The notes under the pieces are model-generated. The model saw only the letters and a program-made list of their open reading frames with translations. It was not told the DNA's origin and made no database searches. From the NCBI GenBank assembly GCA_030429765.1, contig JAUIER010000001.1, forward strand, positions 129,302 to 193,301: a stretch of 64,000 nt of DNA, written 5' to 3'. A program made the position numbers and the translations under genes. Position 1 is the first letter of the stretch. Every line of letters begins with the position of its first letter. Positions 28,652 to 38,267 of this stretch are shown piece after piece. This DNA comes from a bacterium (GTDB taxonomy: Bacteria; Omnitrophota; Gorgyraeia; Zapsychrales; Zapsychraceae).

Positions 28652-31600
28652 ATGAAAAAGCTTATTCTTGGATTATGCCTCATGTTCTGTGCAATCCCTA
28701 TCAATGTCAGCGCCGCTGAAGTTCGGGTGAACTTTGGTCCGGCCAATTCAACAAGTCCCCAGGATTATATCCTCGATGACGGAACCGCCTACACGGTCGA
28801 ACGCGGATATGGATGGGATGGAGAGGTGTTTGTCGAAGAATGGGTCGTCAATGCGGATCCCCGTCTCAACACGATGGCGTGGGAATGGTCATGGGAAAGT
28901 TCGACGTGGATGTATGATCTTCCCAATGGAAACTACAAGGTTTCGCTTGAAGCGGGTAATTCAAATTTTACACACGGTCCCCACACCATCGAAGTCGAGG
29001 GGGTAAAAGTCATCGATGGGCAGGGCGGTCCGCCGAATCAGTTTTTCAAAGTGACGGAACATCCGGTCACAATTACCGACGGACAGCTCAACATAAAGAT
29101 TGGACCGTCAGGAGGGCACTCGGCGATCAACTACGTGATCATCGAAGATGCGGTGGGTGGAGATCCGGTAAATCAGGCGCCTTCGGTTGAAGCGGGCGCG
29201 GATCAAACTATCACCTTACCGGGGATGGTCGTCTTGACGGCAGAGGTTAGTGATGATGGATTGCCTTCGAATCAACTGATATCTGAATGGAAGCAGATCA
29301 GCGGTCCGGCGGGAGCTACCATCAATAACGCCCAGCAAACTCGGACCAGCGTCGATTTTGTCCAGGCGGGAACATATGTTTTTGAGATTGTGGTCAGTGA
29401 TGGTGAATTGAGCGCAGCGGACAGAGTATCGGTTGTGGTGAATGAGCTGGGGTCGTTTTCGGATGTATACATAAATTTTCAACCGGCCAATGATGACGTT
29501 CCATCCGGCTATGTCAAAGATGATGGTTCCGCCTATTCAGTATCGAGAGGATATGGATGGATGGGAGAGGTGCATGTGGAAACCTGGCCGAACAATGCTG
29601 ATTCGCGTTTGAATTCTATGGCATGGGAATGGTCCTGGGAGTCGTCTACCTGGAATTATGATCTTCCCAATGGTAATTATTTAATCGCCTTACAGTCGGG
29701 AAATTCAAACTTTACCCATGGTCCACACAAAATTGCTGTGGAGGGTGAGCTGGTGATTAATGGGCAAGGTGGCGCGCCGAATACGTTCGTTCTGGTTGAA
29801 AATCATCCCGTCACCGTCGCCGATGGACAATTGAATATCAAGCTAGGTCCTTCGGGCGGTAACAGCACGATTAACTACGTCATTATCAAAGCGGCTAATG
29901 GTTCCGGACAGGTGAATCAAATGCCGGTTGTTGACGCCGGGGCGGATCAGCAGATCATGATGGATACCGCTGCACAGCTGGATGGGGCGGTGAGTGATGA
30001 CGGATTACCGTTGGTTCCGGGTAATGTCGAAATTTCATGGAATCAAATGAGCGGTCCGGGAACGGCCATGTTCGAGGACGTGCGCGTGGAAGATCCCCGT
30101 GTGACTTTTACCAAGGCCGGTGAATATCATTTACAGCTGGTGGCCAGTGATGGTGAACTATCGGCCAGCGATGAGGTTATGGTGAAGGTGACAGATGGTG
30201 TGCCGGATCCTGTCGATGATATACGTGTCAATTTTCAACCGGCTACAAGTCACGTTCCCGTGGGTTATCTGGTCGATGATGGAAGTGCATATGATAACGC
30301 CCGTGGTTATGGCTGGCTGGGAGATGTCCGGGCCGAAGAGTGGCCCAATAACACAGATCAGCGTCTGAATACCATGGTGTGGGAGTGGTCATGGGAAACG
30401 TCAACGTGGGTCATGGATCTGCCCAACGGGGAGTACATGATTAGTCTCGAGGCGGGTAATACGAACTTTTCACACGGTCCGCACGTGATCGAAGTTGAAG
30501 GTCAGAAGGTGGTGGACGGATTTGCCTCATCGGCCAACAATTTTGCAAAGGTGGTTAATCATCCGGTAACGGTCACCGATGGAAAGTTGCATGTCAAGTT
30601 GGGGCCGTCCGGTGGAAATAGTACGATCAACTACATTATCATCAGCCAATCAGGTATCACGCCGACAAATGAGCCGCCAGTCGTATCGGCCGGTACAGAT
30701 CAGAATATTGTGTTGCCCGATTCGGCGACATTAACAGCGCAGGTGTCGGATGATGGATTGCCGTCCCCGAGTCAATTGAGTACGATGTGGTCATTCCAAA
30801 GTGGACCTGCCCCGGTGACCATTGAAAGCGAGCAAAGTCTTCAAACGCAGGTGAATTTCACAGCAGGCGGGACATACATATTCAGGATGACGGCTAGCGA
30901 CGGCGTCTTGTCGATGACCGACGATGTCACCGTGATGGTTGGTGATGATCCGGTGAACAATTCAGTGGGATTAGTTGCACATTGGCCGATGGATGAATCC
31001 GGCGGGAATATAATCGTTGACCGAATGGGAAGCGGATCCGACGGGATGTTGATCAATATGGAAGACGGTGATTTCATGCCCGGACAATTACGTAATGGTC
31101 TTGAGTTTGACGGCGTCGATGAATATGCCAATATCGGTGCCACGCCCGGGATTGTCATCAGCAATGAAATCACAGTATCGGCCTGGGTTCGAAGTTACTC
31201 GGATGGCTATGGCGTGATTATCAGTCGTCACATGTCGGGTGATCACGGATGGATGCTGTCGCGAACACCGAACAATGACAGCTTTGAGTGGAGAATATCA
31301 ACGGATGGTAATAATTGGTTCGGCGGAACCACTTCAGACAATAGTTTCGAAACCAATCAATGGTATCACGTGTCAGCCTCTTACGATGGCGATGTGATGC
31401 GGGTTTTTATCGACGGTGTTGAAGACACCGGTGGGATGTTTCCATTCAATGTTTCCGGTGTGATGCACAAATCAGACGCGCCCCTGCAGATTGCGCGTGA
31501 TGAATTCAATGGAGATAACTTCAGCTTCCACGGGATGCTGGATGATATTCGGATGTACGATATCGCCTTGTCGGCAACGGAAGCGCAGAATCTCTATAAT

Positions 31601-33397
31601 AGTGTTCGTCCCGTCGTCGATGATGGCAGCGATCAGGAAGTGACGTTTGATCTCAACGGTATCCCCAACATATGGGATCAGAATCTCTTGCATGATGATG
31701 CGTTCGCGGCGGTGCGGATGGAACCATCGCAGGTCGGCAACACCTGTTTTGTCGACGGGACGTTGGGTATTAATCCCGACGACCGTCTGGCCAGTGGAAA
31801 TATTCGGCAAATCGAGGAGATGAAGTACACACTCAATGAAGTGCCGCGTCTGGCCAATGGCGAATATGATATTGCGCAGATTAAGTTCTACAAGACCTTA
31901 AAAGCGGCTACAAACCGCTACAGCGGTTGTAACGCGATGGGGGACCGCGTGCTGGTCCGCAAGGGTGTTTATCATGAGCATTTGTTTCTCGTTGAGTTTC
32001 AAAACTACGGCGGGGGTGATGTGGCGGATGGATACGGCATCGGTCCTATGGATGAACCGTTTGTGATTGACGCCAGTGATACCACTAAGATGGAAGGTCC
32101 ATGGGAGGCGTATGATCAGGAGATATATCGTGCCAAATGGGGGCTGAATGTCTTTCCTAGTTGGGTCGTAATGGATGGCAATTTCCGATCATCGCGTCCG
32201 GAGTATACGCTCAATGCCATTGTTGGTAAAGACGGTAGGTTCTTTTATGATACATCGACGGACTATCTGTACGTGAATACCAGCGGTGTGCATCCGGATG
32301 ACAGGAGTCTAATCGTATCCCGTCATGATGACTCCAATGGATTAATGGCGATCATTAGTCCGGTCGAAAATATCGAGTTGACGGGATTTATCCTGCGGGG
32401 GGCTCCAAGTACCGGGTTGTGGCAAACCGGAGATGGAGCGCATGTGCATCATGTCAAGTTTGAATTCTGTGGACGATCATGCGCCAATTTGACGGATGCC
32501 CAAAATTCCTTGATTGAAAAAAACATCATTACCGCGCCAGTAATGCAGTGGTGGCCGCGCGGTCGAACCAGTGTGCGCGGATTATGGCCATCGGGAACAC
32601 AGGTTGGTAATGGCAGCACGTTCCGATATAATCTCGTTTCCAATAGTGGAGGTGAGGGTGTTGGAACGAATGGGCATGATATTTTGGTATTCCAGAACGT
32701 CATTCGTGATTCTTGGTCGGTAAACCTGTATCCGTCAGGTAGTCGAAATGTTACAATCGAAGAGAATCTAATCTACAACACCAAAGTTGACTATGCCGAT
32801 GGGACGGATGCTGATCGTGTGCCGGAGGGGGCTGATGAGCCTTACATGCGTCGACGGATGCGTCCTATTGGTATTCTTATGGGATCAGAGGAAGATACCG
32901 ATCCACTCTCCATTAACTACGTCCTGCGAAAAAACGTGTTAGTCAATAACAGGTACGCCATAAGTTTATACGCCCTGGCCCAAGGCAGCGGCTGGAAGCA
33001 GATTACGATGGAGAACAATGTGATCATCCTGCCGGCGTATGATCCGGCTGAAATATTCGACACGTTCTATGGCCTGCACGCGCATGGCACGGTCTACGAC
33101 TTCGAAAATTACTTTACTGACAATATTGTGATCAATCCTGCGGAGACCGGACGGATTATCGGTCGAATTTGGGATTCGGTCATCACTAATGAAGCCTTCA
33201 CGATCTCGGGCAATATGTGGTACACGTCGGCCGGGACGCGGCAGTTCGAATACCGTCAAACCCTGTATGATTATCAGCAATGGTTATCCGTTACGCCATA
33301 CGGAGCGGGAAGTTCTCACGGAACCATTCCGGCGGAAACTCCGTGGGAGATCAACGGGCAGAAGATTCCGGTGCCTGATTATATCCCGGTAAAATAA
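28652..33397 (+). CDS. Large secreted multidomain protein: three alternating beta-sandwich (carbohydrate-binding-like) and PKD/Ig units, LamG domain, C-terminal right-handed beta-helix
   Basis: Signal peptide; three NFxPA...RGYGW...WEWSWE...INY repeats each followed by AGxDQ..VSDDGLP..SGP..SDG; LVAHWPMDE LamG; parallel beta-helix N-ladders. Confidence 0.85.
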   Translation: MKKLILGLCLMFCAIPINVSAAEVRVNFGPANSTSPQDYILDDGTAYTVERGYGWDGEVFVEEWVVNADPRLNTMAWEWSWESSTWMYDLPNGNYKVSLEAGNSNFTHGPHTIEVEGVKVIDGQGGPPNQFFKVTEHPVTITDGQLNIKIGPSGGHSAINYVIIEDAVGGDPVNQAPSVEAGADQTITLPGMVVLTAEVSDDGLPSNQLISEWKQISGPAGATINNAQQTRTSVDFVQAGTYVFEIVVSDGELSAADRVSVVVNELGSFSDVYINFQPANDDVPSGYVKDDGSAYSVSRGYGWMGEVHVETWPNNADSRLNSMAWEWSWESSTWNYDLPNGNYLIALQSGNSNFTHGPHKIAVEGELVINGQGGAPNTFVLVENHPVTVADGQLNIKLGPSGGNSTINYVIIKAANGSGQVNQMPVVDAGADQQIMMDTAAQLDGAVSDDGLPLVPGNVEISWNQMSGPGTAMFEDVRVEDPRVTFTKAGEYHLQLVASDGELSASDEVMVKVTDGVPDPVDDIRVNFQPATSHVPVGYLVDDGSAYDNARGYGWLGDVRAEEWPNNTDQRLNTMVWEWSWETSTWVMDLPNGEYMISLEAGNTNFSHGPHVIEVEGQKVVDGFASSANNFAKVVNHPVTVTDGKLHVKLGPSGGNSTINYIIISQSGITPTNEPPVVSAGTDQNIVLPDSATLTAQVSDDGLPSPSQLSTMWSFQSGPAPVTIESEQSLQTQVNFTAGGTYIFRMTASDGVLSMTDDVTVMVGDDPVNNSVGLVAHWPMDESGGNIIVDRMGSGSDGMLINMEDGDFMPGQLRNGLEFDGVDEYANIGATPGIVISNEITVSAWVRSYSDGYGVIISRHMSGDHGWMLSRTPNNDSFEWRISTDGNNWFGGTTSDNSFETNQWYHVSASYDGDVMRVFIDGVEDTGGMFPFNVSGVMHKSDAPLQIARDEFNGDNFSFHGMLDDIRMYDIALSATEAQNLYNSVRPVVDDGSDQEVTFDLNGIPNIWDQNLLHDDAFAAVRMEPSQVGNTCFVDGTLGINPDDRLASGNIRQIEEMKYTLNEVPRLANGEYDIAQIKFYKTLKAATNRYSGCNAMGDRVLVRKGVYHEHLFLVEFQNYGGGDVADGYGIGPMDEPFVIDASDTTKMEGPWEAYDQEIYRAKWGLNVFPSWVVMDGNFRSSRPEYTLNAIVGKDGRFFYDTSTDYLYVNTSGVHPDDRSLIVSRHDDSNGLMAIISPVENIELTGFILRGAPSTGLWQTGDGAHVHHVKFEFCGRSCANLTDAQNSLIEKNIITAPVMQWWPRGRTSVRGLWPSGTQVGNGSTFRYNLVSNSGGEGVGTNGHDILVFQNVIRDSWSVNLYPSGSRNVTIEENLIYNTKVDYADGTDADRVPEGADEPYMRRRMRPIGILMGSEEDTDPLSINYVLRKNVLVNNRYAISLYALAQGSGWKQITMENNVIILPAYDPAEIFDTFYGLHAHGTVYDFENYFTDNIVINPAETGRIIGRIWDSVITNEAFTISGNMWYTSAGTRQFEYRQTLYDYQQWLSVTPYGAGSSHGTIPAETPWEINGQKIPVPDYIPVK

Positions 33398-33466
33398 GCC
33401 GGACAGTCAACGGCGGCTATGTTAAAATATTGGATCATATTGATTTTATGACCCACGGAAGCCCTA

Positions 33467-34420
33467 ATGTTGACTGCGCACAAACGGCCCCGCCGTTCGA
33501 TATATTTTATTTGTTTCATGTTGACCCTGAGCCTGGGCTGCAGCACGGTCCAAAGTCGAGAGGACCTTCTGCAACAGGCTCAGGCCATTCGACAATCCAG
33601 AATGCCGGCCGAAGCGCCGGTGCTCATCGATTCATCTACCCCCATCAAAACTCCGTTGTCCTCCGAAACAATTATCACGACATCTGTTGAAGTTCAGGGT
33701 TCACCAAAACCCGTACTAAATCTGCCGTTCGCCGGTGAAAGGCTGGTCTATCAAGTCAAGTTTCTGGGGATGATGATCGGTCAAATGGAAAATTCATTCA
33801 TCGGGCATCAACGGTATCGCGGAAAGGATGTGTTGGTCTTTGAGTCCACCGCGCGAACGGCCTCTTTTTTTGCCAAGGTGTTTCCGATTGAGAATCGGCT
33901 GGTTTCCTACATGGAATTAGATCCGCCGCGGGTGGTGTATTTTGAAGAGTCCCGCAAAGAAGGAAAATATCGCAAAGAAGCGGTGGTCGAATTTGATTAC
34001 GATAAGGGCGAGGCCTATTTTTATAATGACGTGGATAAAAGCCGAAAGACCATTGTGATTCCGCACCAAGTTCATGATATTCTGACAGCCAATTATTATG
34101 CGCGGATGATACCCTGGCGTGTGGGGGATACGCACGAGTTTAAGATCTACAATTCAGAAAAGATCTATGATTATATCGGACTCATTGAAAAGCAAAAGAC
34201 GATCAATGCCCGAAAATATGGACAAAGATCGAGTTTTGTACTGCAGCCGTATGCATTTGTCGACGGAGAAAAGGTCAAGAAAGGCAAGATCACGGCCTAT
34301 TTTGACTCCGGTATGACAAGGATTCCGCTTCAAGGTTTAGTGAAGACGCCGATATTTGGGAAGGCGGCGTTTTTCTTGGATGAGGTCAATAATGAAAAGT
34401 TTGACGGTCAACTCAACTAG
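33467..34420 (+). CDS. DUF3108-like lipoprotein
   Basis: Lipobox SLGC; PFAGERLVYQV.FLG; DILTA.YY.R. Confidence 0.7.
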   Translation: MLTAHKRPRRSIYFICFMLTLSLGCSTVQSREDLLQQAQAIRQSRMPAEAPVLIDSSTPIKTPLSSETIITTSVEVQGSPKPVLNLPFAGERLVYQVKFLGMMIGQMENSFIGHQRYRGKDVLVFESTARTASFFAKVFPIENRLVSYMELDPPRVVYFEESRKEGKYRKEAVVEFDYDKGEAYFYNDVDKSRKTIVIPHQVHDILTANYYARMIPWRVGDTHEFKIYNSEKIYDYIGLIEKQKTINARKYGQRSSFVLQPYAFVDGEKVKKGKITAYFDSGMTRIPLQGLVKTPIFGKAAFFLDEVNNEKFDGQLN

Positions 34421-34920
34421 TCGGAAGCGGAAGGGTCCAGATCGCGTCGTAATTCAAACATGCGCGGATGTAATCGGTCGGGATGGGCGTGGTCGAGAAA
34501 CGCATTGACCACCCGTTTAATGTGACCGGTGGTTTTCTGAATATTCCAGGGTTTGTTTTCAGCGGCCACGTCGAGCCGGCTGTAGGTTAAATGCACAACT
34601 TCCCTGGAGCGGCGGCGGTTGAATTTTCGAAAATAGCGGTCGTAGGAGGGGATGTTCTTTTTCCATAGGCCGATGTCTTTCACGAAGTGAATGGCCTTGG
34701 CGTCATCGGCTTTCATCTGAGGGATGTAAAAAAAGTCCAAAATAATTTGAGTGTGGATCACAAATGATTCGATAAGGGCGTCGATGATGATATCGGTTTC
34801 GAACTTGGGTTTGGTTTTTAGCAAATCAACCACGCCGTAGAGCATGTAGATTTCGTAGTACAGATGTTCGCCCGAAAATTGCCTGAGTTGTTCATCCGTG
34901 ATGTTTTTGTATTGTCCCAT
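34417..34920 (-). CDS. Hypothetical helical protein (possibly HEPN-like)
   Basis: IESFVIH..ILDFF and RSREVVH; own promoter TTGGCG-17-TAGAAT. Confidence 0.6.
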   Translation of the reverse strand: MGQYKNITDEQLRQFSGEHLYYEIYMLYGVVDLLKTKPKFETDIIIDALIESFVIHTQIILDFFYIPQMKADDAKAIHFVKDIGLWKKNIPSYDRYFRKFNRRRSREVVHLTYSRLDVAAENKPWNIQKTTGHIKRVVNAFLDHAHPDRLHPRMFELRRDLDPSASD

Positions 34921-34991
34921 AGAGATATTCTACGAATGAAACACAGGTTCGCCAACGATTATTTTGAGTCTATGAACGGGAGTGACAGGAA

Positions 34992-35726
34992 ATGCGAATG
35001 AAAGCATTAATAGGGACCCTGTGTCTGAGCGGTTTCATGATCGCGGCAGCTCAAGCAGAGCAGACGGTATCCGTGGAATATCTTCCAAGCACGGAAAAAC
35101 GCTACCCAGCGAAGAAAAAATTCTTTCGGCTGCTGGAAGATCATGATCTTCAGGAGCATCAGCGGCCTTACGAGATAATCGGTCGCATCAAGGCGGAAGG
35201 GACCCAGAGCGCGGAGCTGGATTGGCGGAAGCTCGAGGATGTGGCTGGGGCGGAAATCAAGTCGTGGGGGGCTGATGCGGTGATCAACCTCAAGATGACC
35301 CAGATAAATCCTGAGACCGGGGAGCCCTGGGCTGAGGAGCCGGACGCCGAGGCGGACACCCTTTTGCGTCTGGAATGCGATCTTATTGTCTATCAGGACA
35401 AGGATACATACGGTCATATGGGTTTTTGGTACAACAACCGGCTGCAGGGGATAGGCGGGATCCGTATTGAGCAGATTATCCGTGGATCTCCGGCTCATAA
35501 GGCCGGTATTCAGCAAGGGGATATCCTGATGGGTATGGCCGGGGAGAATATCGGGCGGGTTAATATTGAGGAAAAACTGGATTACCGCCGGGTTCAATAC
35601 AAATTGCGGCCCGGTGAAGAGTATCAGCTGTTGATCGATCGGAAATCCCGGCCCAAGGTCATCACGGTCATACCGCGGACGGAAGAAGAGGTGTTTGACT
35701 GGTCCAAGAATCTCGGGGGGATTTAG
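34992..35726 (+). CDS. Secreted PDZ-domain protein
   Basis: Signal peptide; GADAVI; GSPAHKAGIQQGDIL. Confidence 0.75.
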   Translation: MRMKALIGTLCLSGFMIAAAQAEQTVSVEYLPSTEKRYPAKKKFFRLLEDHDLQEHQRPYEIIGRIKAEGTQSAELDWRKLEDVAGAEIKSWGADAVINLKMTQINPETGEPWAEEPDAEADTLLRLECDLIVYQDKDTYGHMGFWYNNRLQGIGGIRIEQIIRGSPAHKAGIQQGDILMGMAGENIGRVNIEEKLDYRRVQYKLRPGEEYQLLIDRKSRPKVITVIPRTEEEVFDWSKNLGGI

Positions 35727-35811
35727 GCGGCCAGGTTTGAGGAGATTCAGAAGAAATCGGTTGGGTTTTGGGCGAAACCTTGTTATAGTGATCAATAAAT
35801 AAAGGAGAAAA

Positions 35812-36045
35812 ATGTCAGAAAATTCATCAAATTCTTCTATACGTACGATCGTCCTCTTTGTGGTCTTTGTGCCGGTAATTGTGTACCTGTTGTATTTTGC
35901 CTACAAGAAGAAAACAGAGTCCGAAGATCGTGCCAATCAATGTGCGGCCGAATGTACCGCTCAGGGATATCAGGGGCATGAATTTCAGTGGGCCATTTTC
36001 ACAGGGCCGCAATGTTCATGCATCGGTGATATTGTTCTAGAGTAG
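35812..36045 (+). CDS. Small membrane-anchored Cys-rich protein
   Basis: SD AAGGAG; TM helix; CxxxC...CxC. Confidence 0.6.
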   Translation: MSENSSNSSIRTIVLFVVFVPVIVYLLYFAYKKKTESEDRANQCAAECTAQGYQGHEFQWAIFTGPQCSCIGDIVLE

Positions 36046-36181
36046 CACGTCGAACTCGCGAGGCTTACAGTCTTGCCATACGGTTGTAAGAAGTGAATCC
36101 GTATGAAGCTCGGTAATAGTTTTTGCATTCATAAGTATCGGTCTGATCAGTCAAAGACTAATTTGCGATAGATAGGGTGTA

Positions 36182-38095
36182 ATGGGGAAAAAATTCATTG
36201 TCAGAGTGCAAAATCAGTTTATAGTTTGTCTATGCCTTTCGCTGTTTTTTGTCAGCCGTCCCGCAGATGTTCTCGCCGAAAGTAATCCCGCCTCGGCCAA
36301 TTCAATAAAAAAAATACAACTGGATCCAATCATCGTCACAGCCCGACGTGTTTTCTCGGAAAGCGACAGCATTGCCGAAGATGTGGTGATCTATACAGCG
36401 GACGATCTTCACAAGATCGGGGCCCGCGATCTCGGCCAGGCGCTGCAGCATATTCCCGGCGTGGATGTCAGCGTGCGAACACAATTCGGTCAGGCCACCT
36501 CCGTATCGATCCAGGGTTCCGCCTCGCGTCAGGTGTTGGTCATGGTCGACGGAGTTCCTTTCAATACGCAGCTATCCGGTCAGGCCAATCCGACTCGCAT
36601 TCCCGTCGAGCACATCAAACAAATCGAGGTAATCAAAGGCGCGTCCTCCAGTGTCTGGGGATCCAGCCTCGGCGGAGTGATTAATGTCATCACCAAAAAT
36701 ACCGGTGAGACGGAAATTCCTCAGGGGACATTCACTACAAGTTTTGCCGAGTATCGAACGTTCAAGAACAGTTTAAGTCTGAGCGGAAAGATCGGTCAGC
36801 TCGGATATTTTGTATCCGGCAGCTATCTGGATACCGACGGGCCGATGTCTCATACAGATGTCGAAGAGCTCAAGACATACGCCAAGGTTTCCTATCCGCT
36901 GGGGGATTTAGCGGAGGTGATTGCGTCTTTTGGGTACAGCGGGGCGGATGTCCGTTTCGGTGTCAATCCCAACAACCGGATCATCGGACAGCCATACATT
37001 TCGCGTTACGGACAGATGACATTTCAAAGTGAAGATGAGTATGTGCGTTTTAGGATGTCGTTTAAATACAACGATCAGGACGTCATTACAGACATTTACA
37101 ACGCGTCGACCGGCGCGAATGTATCTTCAACCGTTAGCCGAAATCTGTATAAGGGGTTGAGTTTGAGTTCTGAGTTTGATCTGTTCGATGACGACTTACT
37201 TGTCGTCGGCGCGGATTTTGAATGGCAGCGACTCAAGTCCAATAATTTTCTATCTGAGTCCAAGAGTGTTCATGCTCAGGCGCCGTATATCAATTACCGG
37301 TTGCGTTGGGGGCGCTGGGATTTTATTCCGGGCGTACGGTATGATCACAATCAGCAGTTCGGCGAGCAGACAAGTCCGAGTATCGGGATTGTTCACCGGT
37401 TTAATGACCGTCGGAATACCCGGATCCGGCTGAAGGCGTCGCGCGGGTTTAACGCGCCGCCGCTTTTATGGATCTACAATAATGATCCGGGATTATTTGT
37501 CGGTCCCAATCCGGATTTGAAGCCTGAGCGTTCCGACTCTTATCAGATCGGCGTGACATCCGAGCTGACCGAAAATTTGGATTTGGAATTTAATGTCTTT
37601 CGTGCCGATATCCGGGACGCGATTGATCTGATATTTGATTCAACTAATTTTGTATTTGTTCAGCAAAATTTTGAAAAATTTCGTCGTCAAGGCGCGGAAC
37701 TGCTGGTGGATTATTCTATCAGTCCTGAACTATCCGTATATGCCAGCGGGGCATTTACAGACGTGGAAAACCGCGTGACAGGCAAGACGGTTCGCAGTTC
37801 ATCCGCGGCCCGTCAGCGGTACACGTTCGGTATCCGCTACCTGAACCGACGTCATCTGGGAGTCTATTTGTCCGGTTACTACAAACGATGGAGCTCCTCA
37901 GCAAGTTCACAGCCGAATGATCGTAAACCAATATTTGATCTAAAGCTCACCAAGGAATTCAAAGAGATCAAGGATAAAGTCGATCTAGAAGCGTTTCTCA
38001 TCATTCACAATCTCACCAACAGCAAGTATTGGTCTGTCGTGGATTTTCCATTGCCCAGACGCTATTTTGAGGGGGGAATCTCTCTTAGTTTCTAG
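36182..38095 (+). CDS. TonB-dependent outer-membrane receptor
   Basis: TonB box IIVTA; plug L..IPGV, SIQG, VLVMVDGVP, IEVIKGASS..WG...GGVINVIT; GVRYD; NPDLKPE; terminal Phe. Confidence 0.92.
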   Translation: MGKKFIVRVQNQFIVCLCLSLFFVSRPADVLAESNPASANSIKKIQLDPIIVTARRVFSESDSIAEDVVIYTADDLHKIGARDLGQALQHIPGVDVSVRTQFGQATSVSIQGSASRQVLVMVDGVPFNTQLSGQANPTRIPVEHIKQIEVIKGASSSVWGSSLGGVINVITKNTGETEIPQGTFTTSFAEYRTFKNSLSLSGKIGQLGYFVSGSYLDTDGPMSHTDVEELKTYAKVSYPLGDLAEVIASFGYSGADVRFGVNPNNRIIGQPYISRYGQMTFQSEDEYVRFRMSFKYNDQDVITDIYNASTGANVSSTVSRNLYKGLSLSSEFDLFDDDLLVVGADFEWQRLKSNNFLSESKSVHAQAPYINYRLRWGRWDFIPGVRYDHNQQFGEQTSPSIGIVHRFNDRRNTRIRLKASRGFNAPPLLWIYNNDPGLFVGPNPDLKPERSDSYQIGVTSELTENLDLEFNVFRADIRDAIDLIFDSTNFVFVQQNFEKFRRQGAELLVDYSISPELSVYASGAFTDVENRVTGKTVRSSSAARQRYTFGIRYLNRRHLGVYLSGYYKRWSSSASSQPNDRKPIFDLKLTKEFKEIKDKVDLEAFLIIHNLTNSKYWSVVDFPLPRRYFEGGISLSF

Positions 38096-38267
38096 ATACT
38101 CAGATTTTTAATTTGAGTATTTTGAATGACTTTGAACGCTTTTACATTAGTAGGTAGAAAAAAGTCAGTTATTGACCCATTGAAACCATTACAAAAAGAA
38201 ACAAACAAGGCTAGAGTATGATTAAGCTAGTCAGATCAGCCGGTTAACACACCGAAAATATAAATCG

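Noticed and set aside
28400-28719. Short ORFs in the leader of the 1581-aa gene
   Set aside because: They overlap the riboswitch, terminator or main CDS and lack an SD
28721-30645. CRISPR array or DGR template/variable repeats
   Set aside because: The repeats are in-frame diverged protein domains, the differences are not adenine-specific, and no cas or reverse transcriptase gene is present
35007-35795. 262-aa minus-strand ORF and the many other antisense or nested ORFs in the track
   Set aside because: Shadows of well-supported + strand genes, with no motifs or start signals
36046-36181. Cobalamin riboswitch upstream of the BtuB-like receptor
   Set aside because: No B12-box or core consensus visible, and the space is short
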